Source: Bdellovibrionales bacterium
Lineage (GTDB): Bacteria; Bdellovibrionota; UBA1018
Direction of reading: 5' to 3'
DNA length: 32,000 nucleotides
NCBI GenBank assembly: GCA_018266355.1
Contig: JAFEAP010000030.1
Span: forward strand, 9,481-41,480
Part shown: positions 8,393-17,730 of the stretch, piece after piece
Layout: every line of letters begins with the position of its first letter
Numbering within the stretch: position 1 is the stretch's first letter
Position numbers and translations under genes: made by a program
The notes under the pieces: model-generated
The model's input: the letters and a program-made list of their open reading frames with translations, nothing else
Told to the model about the DNA's origin: nothing
The model's database searches: none

Positions 8393-8734
8393 TTACTTCG
8401 CCATCACCACGTCGCGGAGCATTTCGCGGTGGAAGTTCTTCCGCCGTTTCACGAGGGAATCGAACTTTTCCTCGGTCTTGCGCTGGAAATAGAAGTCGCC
8501 CGGGTTCCGGAGTTCGCCCGTGATCGCGAGGCCCTCGAAATCGACCTCGGTATTCTTCGGCATCACCGTCTTCGGCGGACGCTTCGCGGTTTTCGTCCGC
8601 GCGGCGGGTCTCCGTCCGCCCTGCGTCTCGGCGGCGCTCGCATGCATCGAATAAAGGAGTCCCGCGCCGAAAGAGACGACGCCGATCGTTCCCAAAATCA
8701 TCGCTCGAAGAGTGAGGCTCATTCCGTTCTCCAT
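8393..8734 (-). CDS. Small (113 aa) membrane-anchored protein of unknown function in the Glt-like cluster
   Basis: ORF 1 bp downstream of the giant TPR gene; N-terminal TM/signal region (LRAMILGTIGVVSFGAGLLYSMHA) and charged tail GELRNPGDFYFQRKTEEKFDSLVKRRKNFHREMLRDVVMAK. Confidence 0.65.
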   Translation of the reverse strand: MENGMSLTLRAMILGTIGVVSFGAGLLYSMHASAAETQGGRRPAARTKTAKRPPKTVMPKNTEVDFEGLAITGELRNPGDFYFQRKTEEKFDSLVKRRKNFHREMLRDVVMAK

Positions 8735-8735
8735 G

Positions 8736-11700
8736 CTATTTCTTCCAAGACTTGCAGATTTCGCCGAGGTGTTGGACGGCCTGGCGCTCGAAACCCGACG
8801 TTTCGTCGAGCAGCTTGTTCGTCAGCTTCAGGCACTTGCCCGGATCCGTGCGCGAAATGCGCCCGGCCTGGTGGTAAATCACGCTCGGCCGGTCCGAATC
8901 GCCGCCGGCCTTCGTGGCTTTCGCGAACGTCTTCTCGGCGGAGTCGAAATTCCCCTGCCCTTGTTCCGAGATCGCGATCCCGTCGAGGACGTCCGGCTGC
9001 GGCGCGACCGCCGCGACCTGGTTCCAGTACGGCTTCGCTTTCGTGAAGATCCGGTAATAGTTCAGGACCGCGCCGCGGTTGAACTTCGCGGCGAGAAAGA
9101 GCTCGTCCTTCGCGATCGCCTGCTTGAAGTACTCGTTCGCTTCCGCGATCCGGATCCAGTCTTCCTGGCCGGACCCCGAGGCGATGAGCACGCCGCGGTT
9201 GTTCAGCGCCGCCGCCGCCTTCGGGTTCAGGAGCAGCGCGCGCTCGTAGGCGATCTTCGCCACGAGCGGTTTTCCGTCGCCCCAAAGCAGGTTCCCGTAA
9301 TCGATCCACGCGGTCGGATTCTTCGCGTTGTCGACGAGCGACTGGCGGATCCGTTCGAACGCGTTCCCGCGTCCCTCTTTTCCGCCGTCGGCGGGCTGCC
9401 CGCTCAACCGGAACTTATCGCGGAAACCCTGGGCGCGATTCGGCAGCGAGGCGCCGAAATCCGTGAGTCGATCGGCGATCGACGGCAAGACCGGCGAGAG
9501 GAGCTCGAGCTCGACCGCTTTCTGGTACGCCGTCCGCCAGGTTTCGAGCGCCTTCGCGCGGAGCGGATCGCTCACCGACTTCAGCCCCTTCCGGAATCCG
9601 GCGACCGCTTCCGGTTTCGCGTCCTTCGGAGGTTCGATCTGGTCGACTTCGTCGGCGAAGTTCATGACCCAGTTCGCGAGCCGATCGAGCGCGGCCACGG
9701 CCCAAGGACCCGCGACGGCGACGACCGACTGGTAAGAATCGTTCAGCTTCTTCAAGAAGGCGAGCCGCTCTTCCAGACCGCGCTTGAGCTTGTCGTCCGG
9801 AAGCGAAAGTTTCCGGAACTGGGTATCCCGCTCGAGCGTGGTCGCGAGGTGATAGCGCGCGTAACCGATCCACGGCGAGGAAGAGGCGCCCGAAGTGCGC
9901 CCTTTCCGTCCGCGTCCGGACGCGGATCCCATCGCCGCCACCGCGCGGAACGTACGGTCGGCTTGGGGCACCGTTTCGAGGCGCATGTAAAGGTCGGCGA
10001 GCCGCGCGCCGCACTCGGGCGACGCCGCGTTGCCTTCCTCGAAGCAGAGCTTGAGGTATTTCACCGCCTGCGGTTCGTTCTTCGAGTAGTCGTACCACTC
10101 GGCGAGCGAGAGCGCGATTTGTCCGCGGTTCCCCGCCTTCTTGAACGCCTCGAGGTAGTAGCGGAAATCGGTCGAGGCTTCCGTCAGGTTCCCCGCCCCT
10201 TCGTAGAGTCGGCCGGCGATCTCGACGGAGTCCGGATCGCCCCGGCGCCCGAGGATGCGGAAAAGCGCGCCCGCTTTCTCGAATTGACCCATGATGATCG
10301 CGTTCGTCGCGACGTCACGGAGCGAATCGACGGCGTGCTTCGAATCCTTGTACCGGCCGAGCCAGGCGGCGACCGTCCGCGTGGCCGAGTCGTAGTCCTG
10401 GGCCGAAACGTAGTTCCGAACGGCGCTCTCGAAGGATTTCTCCGCGAGCTCGCGTTTCGGTTCGGTCTTCGCGAATTCTTCGTAGCCCTTCGCGGCCGAG
10501 GCGAAATCCTTCGATTTCTCCTGCCCGGCGATCACGCCGATCTTGATCCGCGCCTCCTCACCGTCGAGGAACGCGGCCAGCGTCCCTTTTTGGAGCTTCT
10601 GGTCGGCGAGGATGATGCCCGGAGTTTTCCGGATCTCGGCGGCGACCTTCAGGAAGTCGTCGGCTTGGGACGAACCCTTGATGTCCTCGACCTTTTTCGG
10701 CAGCCGGTCGGCGTACATCTGGGCCCAGATCCGCGCCGCGGTCAACGTCTGGGGCGCGTCGGGCGCGAGCGCGATGAGTTTTTTGATCCGGCCTTCGGCG
10801 TCGTCCTGGCGTTTCGGATTCCCGGCGAGCGCGACGATGACGTTCAGGCGGGCTTGGAGCCCCTCGGTCTTCGCGCCGAAGTTATCCGCGACGTAGTCGG
10901 AGGCCTCGATGAAGTCCATCTCCAGCTTCTCGTCCAGGGGCTTCGCCCCCTCCGTGCCGGCCGCGTCCTTCTTCTTCGCGATGCTTTCGCCAAGGGACGC
11001 CATCCAGAACGCGGCCGCCTGCTTCGCGTACCGCTCGTCCTTCGACCGGATGACCTGTTTGTAGAGGAAGGCGGCGTCCGCGGGCTTGCCCTGGTCGCGC
11101 TTCACTTCGGCGAGGTACATCTGGATTTCGGGGATTTCCTTCTTCTCGTCCTGCTTCGCGAGGAACTGATTCAGGTAAACCGTGTAGAAATTCTCGGCGA
11201 CCGCGAGCGAATTCTTGTTCTGGGTCTTTCGGTAGTCCTCGTGCGCGTCGACGGCCGTTTTCCGCACGAGCGCGCGGAGGTTCGTCGCCGCGATCCCGGT
11301 ATCGTCGTCGGTGTTCGCCTTCGGGATCTCGATGCCCTGGATGCGCTTGAGCGCGGACGCGTACTGGCTCCGGCGGAGGTCGAGGTCGAAGAGTTTCACG
11401 CGAACGCGGAACGAGGCTTCGTCGTTCGGATTCGTCTTGAGCAGCGATTCGTAGACCTGCACGGCCTTCGCCGTCTCGGCGTTCCGCTCGTACTGGGCGC
11501 CGAGGCGTTCGAGGGTCTTCGCGTAGAAGTCCTTCCCGCCGGCCGCCTGCTTGAAATACGCGAGCGCCTCGTCGACCCGGCCGCTCTCGGTGAGGAAGAT
11601 CGCCATGTCGCGCATGGATTCGTCGCGCAGGCTCAGGAATTTCTCGTCCTTCGACCCTTCCGCGATGGCCCGCTTCATCGTCGAAACGGCCTTGTCGTAT

Positions 11701-12392
11701 TGCTTCATGCGGTAATGCGACCAGGCTTTTTTCTGGAGGAGCCGTGGGAGGGCGGCACCCTGGTAGCGCGGGAGCGCGAGTTCGTAGTTCTTGAGCGCCT
11801 CTTTATAGTCCGCGCGCAGGTAGGCGGATTCCGCGATCGCGCGGTAGGCTTCGCCGACGTAAGGCGATTCAGGAAATTTCTGGGTGAGTTCGCGGAAATA
11901 CTTCACCGAACTCTTCTCTTCCTCGAGCTCGTCGTAATAGACGCCGAGGAAGTAATAGATCTGGTCGAGCTTCGGGTGCTTGATTCCGAGTCGGAGCACC
12001 TCCTCGCATGCGCGGATTCCGAGCCGGAGGTACGGCTTCGAATTCGAGCGGTCGATGAATTTGTCGGCGACGCCGTTCGCGAGGCGGGTCTCGTGGACCT
12101 TCCCCTCGTTCAGGAATTCGCCGCGGTAGGCTTCCAGGTAGGTCTCGGCGAGCCGGACGTAAAGATCGGCCTTCCGGTTCGTCGGCAGCCGACGCCCGAG
12201 CGCCCGCTTCAACTCCGCGATCTCTTGGTTCCGAAGGTCGCGGATCTTGTTCTCGTCGGGCGTACGCACCGAAGCCATCTCGGACGCCGGATACGGCTCC
12301 GCCCGCGCCGCATGCGTCGAAACGACGGTCAGCGAGGCGGCGACGAGGAAAATCGAGAGCGAACGGCGGATCAGGTTCGAGGAATTCGTCAT
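8736..12392 (-). CDS. Giant (1218 aa) TPR-repeat periplasmic protein (GltD/AgmU- or GltE-like)
   Basis: Signal peptide plus many TPR-like helices (YLRADYKEALKNYELALPRYQ, YDKAVSTMKRAIAEG, RVDEALAYFKQAAG, NPKAAAALNNRGVLI, NFDSAEKTFAKATKA). Confidence 0.8.
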   Translation of the reverse strand: MTNSSNLIRRSLSIFLVAASLTVVSTHAARAEPYPASEMASVRTPDENKIRDLRNQEIAELKRALGRRLPTNRKADLYVRLAETYLEAYRGEFLNEGKVHETRLANGVADKFIDRSNSKPYLRLGIRACEEVLRLGIKHPKLDQIYYFLGVYYDELEEEKSSVKYFRELTQKFPESPYVGEAYRAIAESAYLRADYKEALKNYELALPRYQGAALPRLLQKKAWSHYRMKQYDKAVSTMKRAIAEGSKDEKFLSLRDESMRDMAIFLTESGRVDEALAYFKQAAGGKDFYAKTLERLGAQYERNAETAKAVQVYESLLKTNPNDEASFRVRVKLFDLDLRRSQYASALKRIQGIEIPKANTDDDTGIAATNLRALVRKTAVDAHEDYRKTQNKNSLAVAENFYTVYLNQFLAKQDEKKEIPEIQMYLAEVKRDQGKPADAAFLYKQVIRSKDERYAKQAAAFWMASLGESIAKKKDAAGTEGAKPLDEKLEMDFIEASDYVADNFGAKTEGLQARLNVIVALAGNPKRQDDAEGRIKKLIALAPDAPQTLTAARIWAQMYADRLPKKVEDIKGSSQADDFLKVAAEIRKTPGIILADQKLQKGTLAAFLDGEEARIKIGVIAGQEKSKDFASAAKGYEEFAKTEPKRELAEKSFESAVRNYVSAQDYDSATRTVAAWLGRYKDSKHAVDSLRDVATNAIIMGQFEKAGALFRILGRRGDPDSVEIAGRLYEGAGNLTEASTDFRYYLEAFKKAGNRGQIALSLAEWYDYSKNEPQAVKYLKLCFEEGNAASPECGARLADLYMRLETVPQADRTFRAVAAMGSASGRGRKGRTSGASSSPWIGYARYHLATTLERDTQFRKLSLPDDKLKRGLEERLAFLKKLNDSYQSVVAVAGPWAVAALDRLANWVMNFADEVDQIEPPKDAKPEAVAGFRKGLKSVSDPLRAKALETWRTAYQKAVELELLSPVLPSIADRLTDFGASLPNRAQGFRDKFRLSGQPADGGKEGRGNAFERIRQSLVDNAKNPTAWIDYGNLLWGDGKPLVAKIAYERALLLNPKAAAALNNRGVLIASGSGQEDWIRIAEANEYFKQAIAKDELFLAAKFNRGAVLNYYRIFTKAKPYWNQVAAVAPQPDVLDGIAISEQGQGNFDSAEKTFAKATKAGGDSDRPSVIYHQAGRISRTDPGKCLKLTNKLLDETSGFERQAVQHLGEICKSWKK

Positions 12393-13951
12393 TTACCGCA
12401 CTCCGATTCGAGACCGAAGACGTAGTCCCCGAGTTCGTCGTTCCAGAACTCCCCGTTGAAGGTCCAGAACATCTGGTTATCCTTCCGCGTCGGACGCACG
12501 ACGCCGCGCGAACGCTCGTCGTCTTCCGCCTTCGCGTGAGTCACCTTGCGGATCAGCTTGTCCTTCGCGCGACCGAGCATCTCGAGGCGGATATAGGAGA
12601 TCTTCTCGAAATCCGCGACGAGGACCGAGTGGTGGTCGATCATCGAGTTCTTCACGTACGCGCCGCCGACCTGGTGGATCGTCTTGCGGCGCCACTTGAG
12701 CACTTCGGTGAGGAAGGAAGAAAAGCCGCCGCCGACGTTCGTCCCCGTCATGCGGGCGAAGGCGGTGATCGCTCCCCGCTCCTTGTCGAGCGAGGCGTCC
12801 TGGGCGGCGAGGTCCGAGAAGTACGGGCCGCGCACGAACCGGTTCGCGAGCCGCTCTACGGGATCGGCGGTGTCGCGTTTATCCTTCAGCGTCCGCGCGC
12901 CGAGTTGGTAGAACGCTTCGAGGTTACCCGCGTTCGACTCGACGAACTTCTTCACTTCGCGGCCGATGTCGGTGTAGCGGGAATTGAAATCGTCGATCGC
13001 CTTCTGGGTGTCGTCGTAAAGGCAGAGCGCGAGATAGGTCTGCGCGCGGAGTACTTCGACTTCGCTGTTGAAGACGAAATCGAGGGCGGGCGCCTTGTAG
13101 GTCACGAGTTTCCCGAGCGTGCGGTTGAACTCGCGTTTCGCGAACGCGTTCCAGGCCTGCTCGAAGAGGATCTCGGGCCAAACGCGGCTCGCCTTCGGGA
13201 TCTTGTCGTAGGCCTTCTCGGCTTCGTCGAACTTCTCGCCCTGGTACCAGGCGCGGGCCTCGTCGGCCGAGCAGCGGGCCTCGAGATCCTTCGATTCGTT
13301 CACCTGGCTGCGGTAGCGCGGGCTCGCGGCGTCGGCTTCCGTCACGACGAGCGGCGAATACTTCTGGCAATCGCGGAAATCGTCGACGGCTTCTTCGACG
13401 CGGCCCTGGATCGTGAGCGCCGTGCCGCGAAGTTCGAGCGAGAACGGATAGAGGCGGCTCGACGCGCTCACCTTGTTCAGGTATTCGAGCGCGCGGTTCA
13501 TGTCGTCCTTCAGGATCGCTGCTTTCGCGAGCGAGAAAAGGTAGGCGCTGCGGTTTACGGCGTCGTAGTCCTCGTACTTCGTGTTCCGGATGAGGTAGTC
13601 GCGAAGGACGTCCGGGCCGACGCGCCCGAGGATCGCCTCGGTCTGGGTGAGCACTCGGCGGATCGCGGCGCGGTCACCGGACTGGAGCGTCTGGATGAAG
13701 AAATAAGTCGCCGAATTCCAGAGACCCGCGTGCGCGAGCGCGAGCGTGACGACGGCGCTCGCGTCCCCTTTCGCGGCCCCGTCTTGGGAGGCGGCGTAGG
13801 CGTAGCGTGCGGCGCTGAAATACTGGCCTTGGTTGTAGAACGTCTTCGCCTGCGTGAGCGCGTCGGCGGCGAACGTCGGCGTCGCCGCGATCGCGAGAAG
13901 GCCCGCGATAAAAGGGGCGAGGAGCGCGGTGAGCGGTCCGCGTTTCGTCAT
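12389..13951 (-). CDS. TPR-repeat periplasmic protein (about 520 aa; start corrected from the supplied 14251)
   Basis: Signal peptide MTKRGPLTALLAPFIAGLLAIAATPTFAADALTQAKTFYNQGQYFSAARYAYAA at the ATG ending at 13951; upstream part of the supplied 620-aa ORF is antisense-like Arg/His-rich sequence overlapping the beta-barrel gene. 4-nt ATGA-type overlaps on both sides. Confidence 0.8.
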   Translation of the reverse strand: MTKRGPLTALLAPFIAGLLAIAATPTFAADALTQAKTFYNQGQYFSAARYAYAASQDGAAKGDASAVVTLALAHAGLWNSATYFFIQTLQSGDRAAIRRVLTQTEAILGRVGPDVLRDYLIRNTKYEDYDAVNRSAYLFSLAKAAILKDDMNRALEYLNKVSASSRLYPFSLELRGTALTIQGRVEEAVDDFRDCQKYSPLVVTEADAASPRYRSQVNESKDLEARCSADEARAWYQGEKFDEAEKAYDKIPKASRVWPEILFEQAWNAFAKREFNRTLGKLVTYKAPALDFVFNSEVEVLRAQTYLALCLYDDTQKAIDDFNSRYTDIGREVKKFVESNAGNLEAFYQLGARTLKDKRDTADPVERLANRFVRGPYFSDLAAQDASLDKERGAITAFARMTGTNVGGGFSSFLTEVLKWRRKTIHQVGGAYVKNSMIDHHSVLVADFEKISYIRLEMLGRAKDKLIRKVTHAKAEDDERSRGVVRPTRKDNQMFWTFNGEFWNDELGDYVFGLESECGK

Positions 13952-14670
13952 AGCCGGAACCCCGCTCCGATCGTGAAGTCCGTGCTGTTGAAGAACGTCT
14001 CGTCGCCGGTCACCGCGCGCGCCGGAGCCTTGAACCAAGCGTTCGTGAAGTCGAGGCGCACGAGGAAATTCTCGGTGACGTGGAAGATTTGGCCCGTGCC
14101 GAGGTAGTACGCGGTCAAGCTCTTCGAAGTTTCGGCGAGTCCCGCGCTCGCGGAGCCCGGGATCATGTCGGCCTGCATCGTCCCGATGCCGCCCGAGAAG
14201 TACCAATCGAAATAAAGCACGGTGTTGAAGACGTTGATCTTCGCGTACCACGGCACCCAGTGAAGGAGCGCGCCGACCTGGCTCTTCACCTGGATCACGT
14301 CGGGGCGTACGGAAGTCGACGCAAGCGCCTTCGCGGTGTCGTTTTCCTTGTTCGAGAACATCGAGTAGAACATCTCGATGCCCCAGGATTCATTGAAGTA
14401 ATACGCGATCCGAGGATCGATCACGTAACTCTTCCGGTACGCGTTCGTGTTCGCGAAACCGAAACCGAGCGAGATCATCGGACGGTTCGCCTTCCGGTAT
14501 TTCCGGTTTTGGAGCACCGAAACCTTTTTGTCCGGATCGAGCCAGCTGAAGTTGTATTCGTTATCCGGATCCTCGGCCGCTTCACTCCATGAAGCAGCGA
14601 CGACGCTCAACCACAACGCCGCCATCAGGACCAAGAGGAGCTTTATCACCCAATTTCCATGGCGTTTCAT
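13948..14670 (-). CDS. Outer membrane beta-barrel domain protein (myxobacterial/Bdellovibrio-type)
   Basis: From MKRHGNWVIKLLLVLMAALWLSVVAASWSEAAEDPD (signal peptide) followed by alternating amphipathic strands and a terminal FTIGAGFRL barrel end. Confidence 0.75.
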   Translation of the reverse strand: MKRHGNWVIKLLLVLMAALWLSVVAASWSEAAEDPDNEYNFSWLDPDKKVSVLQNRKYRKANRPMISLGFGFANTNAYRKSYVIDPRIAYYFNESWGIEMFYSMFSNKENDTAKALASTSVRPDVIQVKSQVGALLHWVPWYAKINVFNTVLYFDWYFSGGIGTMQADMIPGSASAGLAETSKSLTAYYLGTGQIFHVTENFLVRLDFTNAWFKAPARAVTGDETFFNSTDFTIGAGFRL

Positions 14671-14775
14671 GATGTTATTAGAATAACCGCCACCCCGGCG
14701 ACGCACTAATTCTTTTTGTCGCTATCTGGCTTCGGCGAGAGTCGGCTCGGGAATATTTTCGTCAGGGTTTTGACG

Positions 14776-17730
14776 TCACTTCGCCGAAGCGACGAAGCGT
14801 TTTCCTTCCGCGCATCGCTCGAGGTGATCGCACACCTCGCAGAGCGAGTGGGGATGCGGCTCTCCGGGTTTTCCGCGAAGGATCGTCTCCGCGCGCGCGC
14901 GGAATTCGGCGAGGCGATTCGCCTCGAGCGGAACTTCGATCTCCGTCACCTGACCACCCGCGATATGGATCAAGAGCGCGCGAATCCGCCCGCGAGACTC
15001 CGGCACGAGCCCTTCGAGCGCCCAGGCGTAGAGATTCAGCTGGGTTCGGTAAGTTTCGAGGAGCTCCGCCTCGGACTTCTTCCGGGCGGTCACCTTGAAG
15101 TCGAGGATCGTGAAGGAGCCGTCGGGGTCCCGCACGAGCCGGTCGAGCGCGCCGATGAGCGTTGCCGTATTGCCCGCCGATGCGGGAGCCGCCGCCTGAG
15201 CGTCGCCCGACCGAGGAATCGGAATTTCGAAAGCGAGTTCCTTCCAAGCGACGCGCCCGTCGGTTCCCCGCATCCACGGCGACTCGTTCATCCAGGAGAT
15301 CACGGGACCCGCGCGAAAGACGGATTCGCCGAGGAGTTTCTCGAGCTCGACCAAACCGCCCGGCTCCTCGAGCTCGAGCGCGCGGTGGACGCGGGTCCCG
15401 ATCTCGTTCTGGGCGATCTTCGGCCTCTTCGACGGACGCTCCTCGCGCGCGGCCTCGTACGCCACGAACTCGCGCCACTCCTCTTCCTCGGTCGGCGCGA
15501 TCGGACGGATCACCGACCATTCGTACGCGCGCTCGCAACGCGAAAGAAGATTCCACTCCGAGACGGAATGCCGCGGACGGCGCGGTAAAAACGCCGGCGG
15601 CCCGCCGCGCGGATCCGGGCGCGGTTCGCTCGGCGCCGGACCGATCTCCGGCGCGCGCACGGGCGCGGACCGGCGCGGACGATCCTTCAGCGCCGGTTCG
15701 ATCCATCCCCTCCAAAAATCCACCGTCGTGAAGTCCGCGATTTTCTCGCGGTGTTTCGCGATCTCCTCGCGCTTTTTCTCGTCGTCGGTCGTCGGCAGCA
15801 CGAGGAGCAGGCGCTTCTTCGCGCGGGTGAGCGCGACGTAAAGGACGCGCTTCGATTCGGCGAGTTCTTTCTCGACTTCGAGTTTCTTCCACTCGCTTTC
15901 GACGGCGTCCTTCTTCAGACGGTCCCCGTTCTCGTCCTTTCCGGCGAGGTAAGCCCCGCGCTCGCGGTCCCAAAAGAAAAGCGGCGTCCGCGAGGCCCGT
16001 TTCGTCTTTTCGGGAAAATCGAGCAGGATCACGTGGGGAAACTCGAGTCCCTTCGATCCGTGGACGGTCATCACGCGAAGCTGGCCCGCGTTCCGCGGCG
16101 GCGGCACCGCACGTTCGCGCCGATCCTCGTCGCAGGCGGCGAAGATCCGCTCGGCCACGCGCGGGAAGTCGAGTCCCTCTTCGGTGAGCTCCTCCGCGCG
16201 GTGCCAGAGCGCGAGGACCGCGACGCCGAGGTCCTCCTCGACGAGCGGAAGCTCGAGGAGCGAGAGGAGCACCTCGCCCGGACGTACGCGCCCGGGATGG
16301 AGCTTGAGCGGGCGGAGCAACCGCGCCGCCGGATGATTCGAACGGAGGAACGCGTGAAGCATCCCCGGATCCGTCCGGCGCCACTCCTCGATCTCCGTCT
16401 CGGGAATCCCGATCCACGGCGCGCGCAGGAACGCGACGCCCATGATCTCGTTCGCCGGATTCGCCCACCACCGGAGCAGGCACGCGAGTTCGCGCGCGCG
16501 TGGGTCATTCCAAAGGAGTCCCCCGCTCTCGATCGCGAGCGGAACGCCCGCGGCGGTCAGCGCCTTCAGCCATTTCTCGTTCTTCCCGCGGATCGTCCGA
16601 AGGAGAAGCGCCATATCGGCGAGCGGGACACCGCGCGCGACTTCGTTTTGGATCAGCCGCGCGAGCTCTTCCGGAGAACGCACCTCGGCCGATTCGACGG
16701 GGGCAGTATCCGGGTCATCGACGAGTCCCGGCGTGAGCGCCCGGTAATCCATCCCGCTCGTCGCGAAAGCCGGCGCGCAAACCGCGTTCGAAAATTCGAG
16801 GATGCCCGGTACGCTGCGGAAATTCCTCGTGAGCGCGACTTGGACCGGCATGTGGGAGCAGAACTCCTCGAAGACCGAGACGTCGGCGTCCCGGAACCGG
16901 TAGATCGATTGTTTCGGATCCCCGACCACGCAGAGGTTCGCGAGCCCCGGACGCGCGAGGCGCGTGAGGATCCGCGCTTGGACGGGGTTCGTGTCCTGGA
17001 ATTCGTCGACCATAACGAGATCGAAACGTTTCCGGTAATCCGCGGCAACCGGATCGTGCTCGAGGGCGCGCGCGGCGCCGAGTTCGAGGTCATTGAAGTC
17101 GAGCGCTCCCCGCCGGCGCTTTAGCCGGTCGTATCGTTCGAGCGCGTACTCGGCGAGGAGGCGAAGCTCGGGGGCGTTCTCCATGCGGACGAGCACGCCG
17201 TTCGCCTGGAGATCCCTCACCCGCGCGAGGAGGGCGTAGAGTTCGTTCCGCGTTTCGCGTTCGGACAATCGCGCGAAGGCTTCGTCCACGTCGGGCGGCA
17301 GTTCCTCGAAGAAAAGGCCGTCGAGCGCTTGGGCCCAAAGCGACGCCCCTTCGGTCTCCGAGAGCATGATCTCGTCGCCGTCGAAACCGGCTTCGCGCGG
17401 GTATTCCCGGATGATCGCCGAGCAGAAGCCGTGGATCGTCGTCACGACGTGGCTTTGGAGCGGGCGGCCCTGGAGTTCGAGGGTGAGCCGAGTGAGTTTC
17501 GCGCGGAGATCGCTCGCCGATTTCTCGGTGAACGAGACGGCCGCGAAGCGGGCTTCGGGATTCCGGATCAAGAGCTCGCGGACTTTCCGCACGAGCGTGA
17601 AGGTTTTTCCCGAGCCCGCGCCCGCGAGCACGGCGATCCCCTGCCCCCAGGACTCGACGACTTCCCTCTGCTCGGCCGTGAGATCGCCGGCGGTTTTATC
17701 GTTCGGGTCCTCGCGACGTTCTTCAGTCAT
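14776..17730 (-). CDS. addA: UvrD/RecB-like helicase-nuclease (AddA-like) with PD-(D/E)XK domain
   Basis: 984-aa ORF; Walker A LAGAGSGKT, VMVDEFQDTNPVQ, VVGDPKQSIYRFRDAD, MTVHGSKGLEFPHVILLDF, LYVALTRAKKRL, C-terminal nuclease ALDRLVRDPDGSFTILDFKV and CEVCDHLERC. Confidence 0.85.
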   Translation of the reverse strand: MTEERREDPNDKTAGDLTAEQREVVESWGQGIAVLAGAGSGKTFTLVRKVRELLIRNPEARFAAVSFTEKSASDLRAKLTRLTLELQGRPLQSHVVTTIHGFCSAIIREYPREAGFDGDEIMLSETEGASLWAQALDGLFFEELPPDVDEAFARLSERETRNELYALLARVRDLQANGVLVRMENAPELRLLAEYALERYDRLKRRRGALDFNDLELGAARALEHDPVAADYRKRFDLVMVDEFQDTNPVQARILTRLARPGLANLCVVGDPKQSIYRFRDADVSVFEEFCSHMPVQVALTRNFRSVPGILEFSNAVCAPAFATSGMDYRALTPGLVDDPDTAPVESAEVRSPEELARLIQNEVARGVPLADMALLLRTIRGKNEKWLKALTAAGVPLAIESGGLLWNDPRARELACLLRWWANPANEIMGVAFLRAPWIGIPETEIEEWRRTDPGMLHAFLRSNHPAARLLRPLKLHPGRVRPGEVLLSLLELPLVEEDLGVAVLALWHRAEELTEEGLDFPRVAERIFAACDEDRRERAVPPPRNAGQLRVMTVHGSKGLEFPHVILLDFPEKTKRASRTPLFFWDRERGAYLAGKDENGDRLKKDAVESEWKKLEVEKELAESKRVLYVALTRAKKRLLLVLPTTDDEKKREEIAKHREKIADFTTVDFWRGWIEPALKDRPRRSAPVRAPEIGPAPSEPRPDPRGGPPAFLPRRPRHSVSEWNLLSRCERAYEWSVIRPIAPTEEEEWREFVAYEAAREERPSKRPKIAQNEIGTRVHRALELEEPGGLVELEKLLGESVFRAGPVISWMNESPWMRGTDGRVAWKELAFEIPIPRSGDAQAAAPASAGNTATLIGALDRLVRDPDGSFTILDFKVTARKKSEAELLETYRTQLNLYAWALEGLVPESRGRIRALLIHIAGGQVTEIEVPLEANRLAEFRARAETILRGKPGEPHPHSLCEVCDHLERCAEGKRFVASAK

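Noticed and set aside
6064-8523. 819-aa plus-strand ORF
   Set aside because: Antisense of the FHA/AgmX-like gene with no coherent domain.
8712-12425. 1237-aa plus-strand ORF
   Set aside because: Mirror of the giant TPR gene in a stop-poor antisense frame; length alone is not evidence at this GC content.
13952-14251. N-terminal extension of the 520-aa TPR gene in the supplied ORF
   Set aside because: Overlaps the beta-barrel gene in another frame and precedes a clear signal peptide at MTKRGPL.
14762-16483. 573-aa minus-strand ORF inside addA
   Set aside because: Out-of-frame shadow; the addA frame contains all helicase motifs.
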